Below are positions 1 to 9,634 of a stretch of 64,000 bases of DNA, in pieces. The first letter of the stretch is position 1. Every line of letters starts with the position of its first letter. The notes under the pieces were generated by a model. It was not told the origin of the DNA and searched no databases. It was given only the letters and a program-made list of their open reading frames with translations. The translations under genes were made by a program, and so were the position numbers. This DNA comes from an uncultured Gemmatimonadales bacterium (GTDB lineage: Bacteria; Gemmatimonadota; Gemmatimonadetes; Longimicrobiales; Longimicrobiaceae), in NCBI GenBank assembly GCA_963716255.1, contig OY970303.1:7808001-7872000 (forward strand), in the 5' to 3' direction.

Positions 1-47
1 GCCAGCCGGGGGCACGCCCCACGCGAAGCGGCCGCGGTTGAAAGCCG

Positions 48-533
48 TTACACCGCCACCGCCGCCGCGTGCTCCGCGAACATCTCGTGGGCGAGCTGGT
101 TGAACTCCCGCTGCATCTCGTCGTGCTCCTGGGCACACTGGCGGCCGATCTCCGCCAGGCGCGGCTCCCCCATGCGCGTCCCCGCCGCCGCGAAGGTGGC
201 GAAGGTGTCCTGCGACTGGCGGATGGTGACGATGTCGCCCACCAGGCGCAGGAAGTCGCTTTCCCGCATGGCGTCCACGGCGTCGCGGGCCTTGCCCAGC
301 AGGCTCCCCAGCGCGCCCTTGAGCCCCTCGCCGCCCGGCTCGCCGAGCGTCGCCCTGTACTCCTCCAGCGTGCGCTGGTGCGCTTCCAGGCGCGGCTGCC
401 AGCGCTCGCACAGCGTCCTGTAGCGCGGGTCCTCGGCCTGGCCGGCGTGGTCCCGAAGGTTCTCCAGCAGCGTACGGTGCTGCATCACGGCGTTGCTGAC
501 CTGCGCGCGCAGGAAGTCACGGCCTCGTTCCAT
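48..533 (-). CDS. Hypothetical helical protein, possibly ferritin-like four-helix bundle (161 aa)
   Basis: Start MERGRDFLRAQ at 533 after a purine-rich RBS (GAAGGGGAGGGA). Helical, E/H-rich (LEAHQ, AQEHDE). Fold is inference. Confidence 0.55.
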   Translation of the reverse strand: MERGRDFLRAQVSNAVMQHRTLLENLRDHAGQAEDPRYRTLCERWQPRLEAHQRTLEEYRATLGEPGGEGLKGALGSLLGKARDAVDAMRESDFLRLVGDIVTIRQSQDTFATFAAAGTRMGEPRLAEIGRQCAQEHDEMQREFNQLAHEMFAEHAAAVAV

Positions 534-601
534 CTGTCCCTCCCCTTCACGATCGTTTCGCCGCGCTCCGGGCAAATCCCGGGAGCGGGGCGGGAAGGGA
601 A

Positions 602-617
602 TGCACAAGCCGTGCCC
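602..617 (-). promoter_or_regulatory. Putative sigma54 (-24/-12) promoter
   Basis: Minus strand GGCACGGCTTGTGCA with exact GG-N10-GC spacing, ~70 nt upstream of the 533 start. Confidence 0.55.
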
Positions 618-644
618 AATGTTTGTTCAATATTTGTCCTGCCG

Positions 645-1796
645 CTACACGGAGGGCTCCGGCGCCGACTCGTCCTCGGAGCGCTCGTCGCGAATGCCGG
701 GAAGCGACTCGGGGGGAATCCAGCCGCGCGAGGCGGCGTGCTCGGCGGCGGCCACGGTGTCGTCGGTGAGGAGCAGCGTGCTCCCGGCGCGCTCCACCTC
801 CTCCGCGAGCCTGCGCACGGCGGCGACGCGGTCGGGGGCGGGGTGGACGTTGCGGATGTACACGGCGAGGACGCGCGAGGGGTAGTCGTTCACCACGCGG
901 TGGTAGATCTCCGGGTCCTCCTGCCCGCTGTCGCCCAGCAGGAGGAAGGGGAGGTCGGGGTAGAGGTCCATGATCTTGCGGATGGCCTCCAGCTTGTGCC
1001 CGGCGTGGCCGGTGGGAAGCACCTCGCGCTCGTTGATCCCCCAGTCGCGCAGCATCAGCGGGCCCAGCGGGATCTTGCGGAGGGTGAGGAACTCGGTGAG
1101 CAGGCCGTACAGGTTCCAGGGCGAGGAGGAGACGTAGAAGAGCGGGTTGAAATCCGCGCGCCCCACGCCGTGCTGGAGTGCCGCGTAGAAGGCGGCGACG
1201 CCGGGAAAGGGGACGCGGGTGCGCGCGTTGCCCAGGAACACCGTCCGCGCCATGCGCAGCGGCGTGGTGGCGCCGGTGCGGACCACGGTGTCGTCGATGT
1301 CGCTGATGACGCCGAAGCGGCGTCCCGCCGGCGGCACCAGCACCAGGGCCGTGGCGCGCACCGGCTGCCCGTCGCGCCCGGTTCGGCCGGGGAGCTCCAG
1401 CTCCACCTCGTGCCAGAGCGACCCGCCGGCGAGGGGCGCGGCCAGCTCCAGCCACATCTCGAAGTAGCCTTCCTCGTTGGTGACCGTGCTCCACTCCTGG
1501 GCGCCGAAGCGGGCGGCCACGCGCGCGCCGGGGACCTCGTCGCTCTCGAAGCGCTGGATCATGTTGGCCAGGTTGAGGAGCGCGTTGTCGCTGTCGGCGG
1601 CCTCGGGGACCACGCTGCCTCGCAGCACGCGGCCCTTGAGGTACAGGCGCCCGGCGGTGCCGTAGCCGCGGTAGGCCTCGATCCTGACGTCGTTGCGGTC
1701 CTCCGGGAACGCGCCGGCGACCCGCTCCACGGCGCGGTCCACGTGCTTCTCCAGGCGGTGGGCGACCTCGCCCAGGGTGCGCTTCCAGCGGTCCAT
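645..1796 (-). CDS. App1-family phosphatidate phosphatase (DUF2183)
   Basis: Motifs ISDIDDT, YVSSSPWNLY, LGDSGQEDPEIY, AVYIR. Confidence 0.85.
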   Translation of the reverse strand: MDRWKRTLGEVAHRLEKHVDRAVERVAGAFPEDRNDVRIEAYRGYGTAGRLYLKGRVLRGSVVPEAADSDNALLNLANMIQRFESDEVPGARVAARFGAQEWSTVTNEEGYFEMWLELAAPLAGGSLWHEVELELPGRTGRDGQPVRATALVLVPPAGRRFGVISDIDDTVVRTGATTPLRMARTVFLGNARTRVPFPGVAAFYAALQHGVGRADFNPLFYVSSSPWNLYGLLTEFLTLRKIPLGPLMLRDWGINEREVLPTGHAGHKLEAIRKIMDLYPDLPFLLLGDSGQEDPEIYHRVVNDYPSRVLAVYIRNVHPAPDRVAAVRRLAEEVERAGSTLLLTDDTVAAAEHAASRGWIPPESLPGIRDERSEDESAPEPSV

Positions 1797-1956
1797 GCGT
1801 GCTCCTCGCGGTTCGGGTCCGGCGGGGAAGATAGGCGCTCCCGCGCGCCTCCGCGACGGCGGCGCGGCGGGGGGTGTGCGCGCGGGGGGCGGCTCCTATA
1901 TTGGGTGCTCCGTCCGGTCCCCCCGTGTCCTTTTCTCTCCCCTACGACGCACGCCC

Positions 1957-3333
1957 ATGAACGGTGTCGACCCCGCCACTCCGGCGCGCCGGGGCTTTCT
2001 CGCGCGCCTGGGACTGCGCACCCGCGAGCAGCGCGCCTGGGCCATGTACGACTGGGCGGCCTCGGCCTTCCAGACCACCATCATGGTGGCGGTCTTCCCC
2101 ATCTACTTCATCAAGGTCGCCGGGGCGGGGCAGCCCATCGTGGCGGGGCAGTGGTGGGGGTACGCCAACAGCGCGGCCATCGCCACGGTGGCGCTCCTGT
2201 CCCCGGTGCTGGGCGCCGTCGCGGACTTTTCCGCCGCCAAGAAGCGCTTCCTGGGGCTGTTCACCGGGCTGGGGATCGCCGCGGTGGCGGGGATGTACTT
2301 CATCCACCGCGGCGACCTGGGGCTGGCCGTGCTCCTGTACCTGGCCGCGTCCATCGCGGCCTCGGCCAGCTTCGTGTTCTACGAGTCGCTGCTCCCGCAC
2401 ATCGCCGCCGAGGAGGAGGTGGACCGCGTCTCCACGGCGGGGTACGCGCTGGGCTACGTGGGCGGCGGGATCCTGCTGGCGGTGAACCTGGCCTGGATCC
2501 AGAAGCCGGACCTGTTCGGCATCCCCGCCGGCACCCTCCCGGCGCGGCTCTCCTTCCTGTCGGTGGCGCTCTGGTGGCTGCTCTTCTCGCTCCCCGTCCT
2601 GCGCCGCGTGCCGGAGCCGCCGCGCGCCATCGAGGCGGACGAGGCGCCCGCCGGGAGCGCCGTGCGCACCGCCTTCGCGCGCCTGGGCGAGACCTTCCGC
2701 GAGCTGCGCGGCTTCCGCAACGCGTTCCTGTTCCTGCTCGCGTTCCTGCTCTACAACGACGGCATCGCCACCATCCAGAAGATGGCCGCGCCGTACGCCA
2801 CGGAGCTGGGGATCGACGAGGGGGTGGTGATCGGCTCCATCCTGGTGGTGCAGTTCGTGGGGATCCCGTTCGCCTTCCTCTTCGGCGCGCTGGCGGGACG
2901 TCTGGGGACCAAGCGCTCCATCCTGCTGGGGCTGCTCGTGTACGTGGGGATCAGCATCTTCGGCTTCTTCGTCAGCAACGGGCGCGAGTTCCTGGTCCTG
3001 GCGCTGATGGTGGGGATGGTGCAGGGCGGCACGCAGGCGCTCAGCCGGTCGCTGTTCTCCACGCTGATCCCGCCGCACAAGTCGGGGGAGTTCTTCGGGT
3101 TCTTCAGCGTGTTCAGCAAGTTCGCGGGGATCTTCGGGCCGCTGCTCTTCGCCGCCATCATCGGGCGGTTCGGGTCCAGCCGCTACGGGATCCTGTCCGT
3201 GATCGCGTTCTTCCTGGTGGGCGGGGTGCTGCTGATGTTCGTGGACGTGGAGGCGGGGCAGCGGGCCGCGCGCGACGCGGAGGATGCGGTTCGCCGCGTG
3301 GACGGCTCGAAATCGCCTTCGGCGGCGGTCTGA
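1957..3333 (+). CDS. MFS transporter (UMF1/Atg22-like)
   Basis: WAMYDWAASAF, GGTQALSRSLF, GEFFGFF; about 12 hydrophobic segments. ATG at 1957. Confidence 0.9.
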   Translation: MNGVDPATPARRGFLARLGLRTREQRAWAMYDWAASAFQTTIMVAVFPIYFIKVAGAGQPIVAGQWWGYANSAAIATVALLSPVLGAVADFSAAKKRFLGLFTGLGIAAVAGMYFIHRGDLGLAVLLYLAASIAASASFVFYESLLPHIAAEEEVDRVSTAGYALGYVGGGILLAVNLAWIQKPDLFGIPAGTLPARLSFLSVALWWLLFSLPVLRRVPEPPRAIEADEAPAGSAVRTAFARLGETFRELRGFRNAFLFLLAFLLYNDGIATIQKMAAPYATELGIDEGVVIGSILVVQFVGIPFAFLFGALAGRLGTKRSILLGLLVYVGISIFGFFVSNGREFLVLALMVGMVQGGTQALSRSLFSTLIPPHKSGEFFGFFSVFSKFAGIFGPLLFAAIIGRFGSSRYGILSVIAFFLVGGVLLMFVDVEAGQRAARDAEDAVRRVDGSKSPSAAV

Positions 3334-3341
3334 TGCCTGGA

Positions 3342-3397
3342 AGAAGACGAGGATCCCCCGGAGCGGCGGCTGCCGCTCCGGGGGATCCTCGTCTTCT
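3342..3397. terminator. Perfect 26-bp hairpin between convergent genes, likely bidirectional terminator
   Basis: AGAAGACGAGGATCCCCCGGAGCGGC-ggct-GCCGCTCCGGGGGATCCTCGTCTTCT. Confidence 0.75.
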
Positions 3398-3432
3398 AAG
3401 TCACTTCGAGGCGCGCAGCCTTTTCCGGCCGC

Positions 3433-4713
3433 CTAGAAGGCCATGTAGTCGGTGATGAAGGTGAGGGCTCCCGTGTTCGCGCCGAACTTGCCGGCCCCGC
3501 GGCCGTCGATCCCGGTGGTCAGGGACTGGTCGCCGAAGGAGTAGGTCCATGCACCCAGGTCCTCGTTCGAGTCGGGGATCTTGATGCCGTACGTCTTCCC
3601 CTGGAACGTGACCGTGAAGTTGATCATGTTCTCGCCGTCCTGCTCGTAGAACTTGAGGTGGACGTAGTTGCCGTACTCGGCGTTCCACTGGATCAGGTGC
3701 GCCGTCCCGGCGTCGTGCCAGTCGGTGTCGTCGTTCTTGCCCTCACCGAACCTGGCGCGGGCGGTGAAGTACGGCTTGGTCGGGTCGCCGGGGGCGCTGG
3801 CATGGCTGGTCACCTCGACGTACAGCTCGGGGCTGCCCTGGTACCAGGACTCCAGCCCGTAGTGCTGCTTGTAGTCCTTGATCACCTCACGCAGGCCGTA
3901 TCCCTGGCTCGTCCGGTAGCGAGGGTCGGTCGCAGGAACGGCGGTGCCGCCGCCGCCGCTGTCGCTCCCCCCGATGGTGCCGCCACTGCCGCCGCACGTG
4001 ACGGTCATTCCACCCGCGTCCTGCGCCGATACGACTCCCAGGTCGTTTTCCGAGAAGCTGCAGTCGGAGTCGGACAGCGCTGCGGAGTAGGTTCCGATGG
4101 ACTGGCCGTTCCTGTCGCGTACGTTGTCTACGCGGGTCATGAGCAGCGGCCGCGTGAAATCGGTCTCCCGCTGCACGAGGACCAGGGTGGGGAGCGCGGG
4201 CGCCGTCCTGGAGCTTACCGCCACGGGGGCGCCGTCCAGCGTGTAGGCCGTGGGCTCCTGTCCGGATTCGCCCAGGTAACCCATCACCTGCAGGTCCGGG
4301 CCGCCCGCCCAGCTCTCGCGATGAGCGGCGACGGGGAAGTACATCTCCAGCGGCCGCACCCGGCCGACGAGCGCCAGCAGCTCGTCTCGGCTGCGGCCCG
4401 TCTCCTTTGCCATCTTCGCCAGCAGGATCCCCCCGCTCTGGCCGTGCAGGTAGGCGCGCATGTCCAGCTTGTGCTCGTCAAACCGCGAGCTGCGCATGTC
4501 GTTCTTGATGCGCTGGCGGAGACCCTGGTCCCGGAGCGCCATCGAGACCGCGCGGGCGATCTCGTTCACGGTCGCCTGCTCTGCAGTGGCGGTGGCACCG
4601 GCGGTGCCGTGCAGGGCGGCTGCGGAGGGCCCCACGGCGGGATTGCTGTCGCTGCAGCCGGCCACGAGTGCAGTGGCACAGAGGACGACTCCGAGGTGAC
4701 GCTTGATGGACAT
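3433..4713 (-). CDS. Lipoprotein of unknown function (426 aa)
   Basis: Signal peptide with lipobox LVAG-C, Gly-rich linker (GGSGGTIGGSDSGGGG), beta-rich C-terminal domain. Confidence 0.75.
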   Translation of the reverse strand: MSIKRHLGVVLCATALVAGCSDSNPAVGPSAAALHGTAGATATAEQATVNEIARAVSMALRDQGLRQRIKNDMRSSRFDEHKLDMRAYLHGQSGGILLAKMAKETGRSRDELLALVGRVRPLEMYFPVAAHRESWAGGPDLQVMGYLGESGQEPTAYTLDGAPVAVSSRTAPALPTLVLVQRETDFTRPLLMTRVDNVRDRNGQSIGTYSAALSDSDCSFSENDLGVVSAQDAGGMTVTCGGSGGTIGGSDSGGGGTAVPATDPRYRTSQGYGLREVIKDYKQHYGLESWYQGSPELYVEVTSHASAPGDPTKPYFTARARFGEGKNDDTDWHDAGTAHLIQWNAEYGNYVHLKFYEQDGENMINFTVTFQGKTYGIKIPDSNEDLGAWTYSFGDQSLTTGIDGRGAGKFGANTGALTFITDYMAF

Positions 4714-4874
4714 CGATTACCTTCGTGTGTCTGAAGAGACAAAGGAGAGGAAGCTGTCTTGCCTGCTGCCGCGCGGTAGCCCCGGTCCAGAGAAAGGAGC
4801 CCAGCAGGAAAGGCAGATATAAATTGCGACACTTCCTTTGTTCGTTCAACCGTAAGCTTCTGACAGATCGTGGC

Positions 4875-5708
4875 TTAAAGTGACATTCTGTTGCACTCTG
4901 CATCCTGCGGCGTCTCCGCGTGCAGCAACCGGTCCATGACGGCGGCCTCGAAGCGCACCCGGAGCCGGGGGAAGGAATGCGCGTCGACGTCCCGCAGACC
5001 GAGTCCGAGGATGCGGCGCGCCGTACGGGAGAGAGTGCGCTCCGACACGGAGAGCCCCTGCGCCAGCGTCCCCCACGTCTGTCCCTTCCTTTTACGCGGC
5101 ACGGCGCGGAGGAGCAGCACCCAGTCCAGGAACTGGTCCAGCGTCAGCTCTCCCTCGTTCCACATCTGCGCCCACCCCCGGTAAAGCGTGGAGCGGTCGC
5201 ACTGCTCGCGCCCGGCGAGCTTCGTGACGCTGATGATGGGATCGGGGCACCGGCAGGCGTCGTAGAGCGCCCCGCGCAGGCGGGACGGGATTCCGGGAGC
5301 ACAGCGTAGGCGTGCTCCGACTCCCTGGAGGTACGATACGCTGTGGACACGCTCCAGGGTTGGAACGAGGACGGTCTTCACCTCGTCGTAGAACACGATG
5401 CCACTGGTCTTCAGGTGCACGAGCGTCCGCATGTTCCCGGGCGTCCGCTCGGTCACCACGACCAGGGGGGTCCCGTCGTGAGAGCGGTCCCGCGCCAGCG
5501 AGTTGGCGGCGCTCCCGAGGCGGAACACATCCGTCTGGACCACGGCGCACGAGCCCGGCGTCCAGGCTGCCTTGAACTCCGAGTGCCGCTCGCACCGGAG
5601 CACGTCGAAGCCACCGCCGCGGAGAACTCGGTACGGGTCACGATTCCGCAGCGAGTCAGAGAACAGAACGACCGCCTCACCTGCATTCATCCAGTAACCC
5701 CACGACAC
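4875..5708 (-). CDS. Putative transcriptional regulator (degenerate receiver-like N-terminus, AraC-like HTH C-terminus)
   Basis: HTH-like segments SVTKLAGREQCDRSTLYR and WGTLAQGLSVSERTLSR. Start uncertain. Confidence 0.6.
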   Translation of the reverse strand: MSWGYWMNAGEAVVLFSDSLRNRDPYRVLRGGGFDVLRCERHSEFKAAWTPGSCAVVQTDVFRLGSAANSLARDRSHDGTPLVVVTERTPGNMRTLVHLKTSGIVFYDEVKTVLVPTLERVHSVSYLQGVGARLRCAPGIPSRLRGALYDACRCPDPIISVTKLAGREQCDRSTLYRGWAQMWNEGELTLDQFLDWVLLLRAVPRKRKGQTWGTLAQGLSVSERTLSRTARRILGLGLRDVDAHSFPRLRVRFEAAVMDRLLHAETPQDAECNRMSL

Positions 5709-5924
5709 TTTGTAACCGAAAGTCGCAAACGGAGCGTGCTACACCCCGAAGCATAACGATGGGGCTACGTCCTGTAAACCCATTGCGGACAAATACTTCG
5801 GCTGGAATTTGGCTGGTGGGGGCAGTCCGTGCCAGGCGTCGGGCTCGCCCGGGGGGGACGACGGAATCGCTGCCGGGACGAGATCGCCCCGCCGACGGAG
5901 TCCCGACGCGGCGGTGCAGATCCT

Positions 5925-7241
5925 CTACACCGCCGCCTCGCCCCGCTGCGCCTCCAGCCGCTCCGCGATGGCGTGCTGCCTCTGCCTCAGCTCGGGGAGC
6001 AGGTCGGCGCGGCGGCGGCGGAGCAAAAAGAACCGGCGCGCGTCGTCGGTCGCTTCATCCCAGCGGTTGCGCACGGCCACGGTGAGCAGCCCCAGCACCG
6101 GGAGGACGACCAGCGCGGCCAGCCCCCATCCCCAACCGAGCCCGACACCCACCGCCACCGACAGGAGCACCACCCACGCGAGGTGCGCCACCGCGCCCAC
6201 CAGCAGCTTGTAGGTGGCGCGCACATCGTGCTCGGGCTTCGCCCGCGCCTCCAGCCCGCCGGTGATGCGGTAGGGAAGGTAGAAGACGGCGGCGCCCACG
6301 GCGGCCAGCGGCACGCCCAGCAGGAAGAAGGCGAGGCGCCGCAACGTCCAGCCCACCGCGGTGTGCAGGCGCGGCTCCTGGCGGAGGTCCGCGGGGCGCA
6401 GGCCCAGGGTGCGCAGCACGCGCGCGTGGCGGGCCACCTGGCGCGCCAGCTCCCGCCAGGCACCCAGGTCGTCGCGGCGGACGCGGGCCAGGATCGCGGC
6501 GGCCTCGCCCACTCGCTCCACGCGCTCCGCCGGGTCGTCGGCCATCCCGAACTCGGCGGCGTACACCTGCTCGGCGCACTCCACCAGCGGCGCGTCCTCC
6601 CAGCGCTCCAGGTTCACCGTCACCTCGCGCAGCGCCTCGTCGACGCGGCGCGTCAGCTCGCGCACCGCCGCGGCGTCGTCCGGTCCGGTGCCGGCCAGGT
6701 CGCCCCACGCCACCGGCTCGCCCACCACCGCCAGCGCCGCCGAGCGGAAGCGCTCCTTGCGGCGGAACACCAGCCCCACCGGCACCACCGGGAAGGCGCC
6801 CCCCGTCCGCGCCGCCGCGCCCAGCGCGATGCGGGCGGCGCCGGTCTTCAGCGGCACCAGCGAGGGCTCGCTGTGGCTCGTCCCCTCCGGGAAGATCCCC
6901 ACCGCGTCGCCCCCGGCCAGCGCCTCGGGCGCCGCGCGGAAGGTGTCCTCGTTGGCGGCCATCTTCGACGGGTCGTCCTGCGCGCGGAACACGGGGATGG
7001 CCCCGGCGCCGCGCACCAGCCACCCCACGGACGCGTCGGTGAAGAGCGGCGCCTTGGCCAGGAAGCGCACCGGCCGCCCGGCCGCCGCCACCACCGTGGC
7101 CGGGTCCAGCAGCGAGTTGGGGTGGTTCGCCACCAGCAGGACGGGGCCGCGGGGCGGCACCCGTCCGCCCGCCACCTCGAAGCGGTAGAAGGTGCGCAGC
7201 GCCAGCGACGACACGCGCGAGAAGAAGGGGAGGAGCCACAT
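5925..7241 (-). CDS. Lysophospholipid/glycerol-3-phosphate acyltransferase (PlsC-like)
   Basis: NHPNSLLD (HxxxxD), FPEGTS, LKTGAAR; C-terminal transmembrane segments. Confidence 0.9.
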   Translation of the reverse strand: MWLLPFFSRVSSLALRTFYRFEVAGGRVPPRGPVLLVANHPNSLLDPATVVAAAGRPVRFLAKAPLFTDASVGWLVRGAGAIPVFRAQDDPSKMAANEDTFRAAPEALAGGDAVGIFPEGTSHSEPSLVPLKTGAARIALGAAARTGGAFPVVPVGLVFRRKERFRSAALAVVGEPVAWGDLAGTGPDDAAAVRELTRRVDEALREVTVNLERWEDAPLVECAEQVYAAEFGMADDPAERVERVGEAAAILARVRRDDLGAWRELARQVARHARVLRTLGLRPADLRQEPRLHTAVGWTLRRLAFFLLGVPLAAVGAAVFYLPYRITGGLEARAKPEHDVRATYKLLVGAVAHLAWVVLLSVAVGVGLGWGWGLAALVVLPVLGLLTVAVRNRWDEATDDARRFFLLRRRRADLLPELRQRQHAIAERLEAQRGEAAV

Positions 7242-7419
7242 ACCGGTGGGCGGGCGTCAAGCGCGGGAGAGCAGCGAACGGGAGACCGGAGGCCGGGCGG
7301 CGCCGGCTTGTCCGGCGGGGGCGAGGCGGACATCTTCGAGACGTCCTCGACGCCCAAGTGTACTTCGGCCCCCGCTCCCGAACAAGCAAGGCGCGGCGGC
7401 CGCGCCACCGGACCGCCCC

Positions 7420-8418
7420 ATGCCGCCGTTCACGCCGCGCCCCTTCCGCCCCGCGCCGGGGCTGGCCAACCCCCACGCGCAGACCATCGGCGGGCGCTGG
7501 CTGCGCCCGCGCGACCCGCTCCCGCTGCGGCGCGAGCGCGTGGACACGCCCGACGGCGACTTCCTGGACCTGGACTTCGGCGAGGCGCCGGAGGGGTCGT
7601 GGAATTCGTCCGCCGCCCCCGTCGTCGTGATCCTGCACGGGCTGGAGGGTTGCTCGCAGTCGGGGTACGTCCTCCAGACCATGCGCGAGCTGGCGGCGCG
7701 CGGCGTCCGCGCCGCCGCCCTGAACTTCCGCACCTGCGGCGGCGAGCCCAACCGGCTGGCGCGCTTCTACCACTCCGGCGAGACCGGCGACCTGGGCTTC
7801 GTGCTGCGCCTGCTGGCCGAGCGCTGGCCGGACGCCCCGCTGGGCGCCGTGGGGTTCTCGCTGGGCGGCAACGTGCTCCTCAAGTACCTGGGCGAGTGCG
7901 GCGAGGGCGCGCTCCCGCGCGCGGCGGTGGCCGTTTCCGTCCCCTTCGACCTGGCGGCCGGGGCCGCCAGCATGGAGCGCGGGATGGGCCGCGTCTACAC
8001 CGCCCGCTTCCTGCGCACCCTGCGCGGCAAGTTCGAGAGCAAGCGCCCGCTCATCGGCGACGCGGTGGACGGGCGCCGCGTGCTGGCGGCGCGCACCTTC
8101 CGCGAGTTCGACGACGCGGCCACCGCCCCGCTGCACGGCTTCCGCGACGCGGACCACTACTACGCCGCGTCCAGCTCGGCCCGCTACCTCGCCGGCATCC
8201 GCGTCCCCACGCTGCTGCTCCACTCCGCCGACGACCCCTTCCTCCCCGCCGACGCCGTCCCCCGCGCCGCCGCCCGCGACAACCCCTTCATCACCGCCGC
8301 CTTCACCGAGCACGGCGGCCACGTCGGCTTCGTCGCCGGCACGCCGTGGGCGCCCCAGTTCTGGGCGGAGGCCGAGGCCGCCCGCTTCCTGGGGGAGCAG
8401 CTGGCGGGCGCGGGCTGA
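7420..8418 (+). CDS. Alpha/beta hydrolase, YheT family
   Basis: NPHAQT, HGLEG, GFSLGGN nucleophile elbow, DDPF, GGHVGF. Confidence 0.9.
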   Translation: MPPFTPRPFRPAPGLANPHAQTIGGRWLRPRDPLPLRRERVDTPDGDFLDLDFGEAPEGSWNSSAAPVVVILHGLEGCSQSGYVLQTMRELAARGVRAAALNFRTCGGEPNRLARFYHSGETGDLGFVLRLLAERWPDAPLGAVGFSLGGNVLLKYLGECGEGALPRAAVAVSVPFDLAAGAASMERGMGRVYTARFLRTLRGKFESKRPLIGDAVDGRRVLAARTFREFDDAATAPLHGFRDADHYYAASSSARYLAGIRVPTLLLHSADDPFLPADAVPRAAARDNPFITAAFTEHGGHVGFVAGTPWAPQFWAEAEAARFLGEQLAGAG

Positions 8419-8434
8419 GCCCCGCCGCGCCGCC

Positions 8435-9295
8435 TCAGAACCCGGACCTCCGCTCCTCCGCCGTGGGATCCATGCTGTCCGGCATCCCCAGCTCCCCCTC
8501 CTCGAAGTACAGCTCGCGCCCGCCCCGCACCCTCGCCTCCAGCGGCCGTCCGCCCGCGACGCGGAACCGGGCCGCCGCCTCCTCGCCCGCCCGGAGCCGC
8601 CCGGCCGGCGTGTTGCGCCGTCCCGCGAAGACCACCTCCACCCCCTTTTCCAGCTCCGCGTCCGTGAACGCGTGCCCGGCCACCGTCACCGGGAGCACCT
8701 GGTCGAAGTCCGGCGGCCGGGTGATGGCGTGCGCCATGAACAGTTCGCCGCCCCTGCCGAACAGGATGTAGGTGAGCGTGTCGCGCGCCGCGTCCGAAGG
8801 GTGGAACTGGTGGAGGTGGACGATCCTCCGCACCTTCACCGTGGCGCGATCGAGCCCCGGGACCGGCACGCCGCCCCGCTCCAGGTGTCCCCGGAACGCC
8901 GTCGCCGGGAAGCTGGGCAGGACCGGCCGTCCGGCGCGCGACACCGTTTCGTTGATCCTCTCGGGGAGGACGAAGAGCTCCGCGGGCATCACCGTGTACA
9001 TCCGCTCCGCGGCGTGGCTCCGGCGGTCGTCCGTGTAGAGCCGCGTCACGTCGCGGCCGTTCTTCTCGAAGCCCACCTCCAGGATCACCTGGTAGCGGTG
9101 CTCGGTGGCGTACTCCGTTCCGGAGCTGTCCAGCCTCACGAACATGGGGAGGTGGGAAAGGAAGACCGTCTTCTCCCCCACCATCAGCATGTTGTGCCTC
9201 CCCGGCGGGTCCGGGGCCCGGGGCGTCGCCGCATATCCCGCGGCCGCGGCCAGCGGAAGCACGGCCGCGATCCACGTCCATGGTCTGGTCCTCAT
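8435..9295 (-). CDS. Secreted hypothetical protein (286 aa)
   Basis: Start MRTRPWTWIAAVLPLAAAAGYAA after RBS GGAGGAGG; signal peptide; family not recognised. Confidence 0.7.
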   Translation of the reverse strand: MRTRPWTWIAAVLPLAAAAGYAATPRAPDPPGRHNMLMVGEKTVFLSHLPMFVRLDSSGTEYATEHRYQVILEVGFEKNGRDVTRLYTDDRRSHAAERMYTVMPAELFVLPERINETVSRAGRPVLPSFPATAFRGHLERGGVPVPGLDRATVKVRRIVHLHQFHPSDAARDTLTYILFGRGGELFMAHAITRPPDFDQVLPVTVAGHAFTDAELEKGVEVVFAGRRNTPAGRLRAGEEAAARFRVAGGRPLEARVRGGRELYFEEGELGMPDSMDPTAEERRSGF

Positions 9296-9502
9296 CGTTC
9301 CCTCCTCCGGTTCACGGCGTGTCACCCGGTCGTAACGGATCCCCCACGCGGGCATAAAACGCACCCCGTGCCAGGTGTTTATCCGCATCCACAAACGCTT
9401 GCGGCGGCTGGGTTTGCGGATTTCGCGCCCGCCTCGTCCCGTATCGGTGCGCGGGAGTGCGGCGCGGACGGGGCAGCACCGGGACAGGCGTGCCCCGGTG
9501 CG

Positions 9503-9518
9503 TGGTACGGGCTTCGCA
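9503..9518 (+). promoter_or_regulatory. Putative sigma54 promoter
   Basis: TGGTACGGGCTTCGCA with GG-N10-GC spacing, upstream of the HD gene. Confidence 0.5.
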
Positions 9519-9634
9519 GGGAGAACGGAACACGAAGACCGGGGACCGGCGGAGCATGGGGCGGAGCCGGCGCGCGGGGGCCGCAGGTGCAGGCCCGAGA
9601 ACACGATACGAGGTACGAAATGGACGGAGGACCC

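Noticed and set aside
69..3455. 1128-aa plus-strand ORF and similar long R/G/A/P-rich ORFs throughout the window
   Set aside because: They overlap well-supported genes, lack motifs, and are expected from stop-codon scarcity at high GC.
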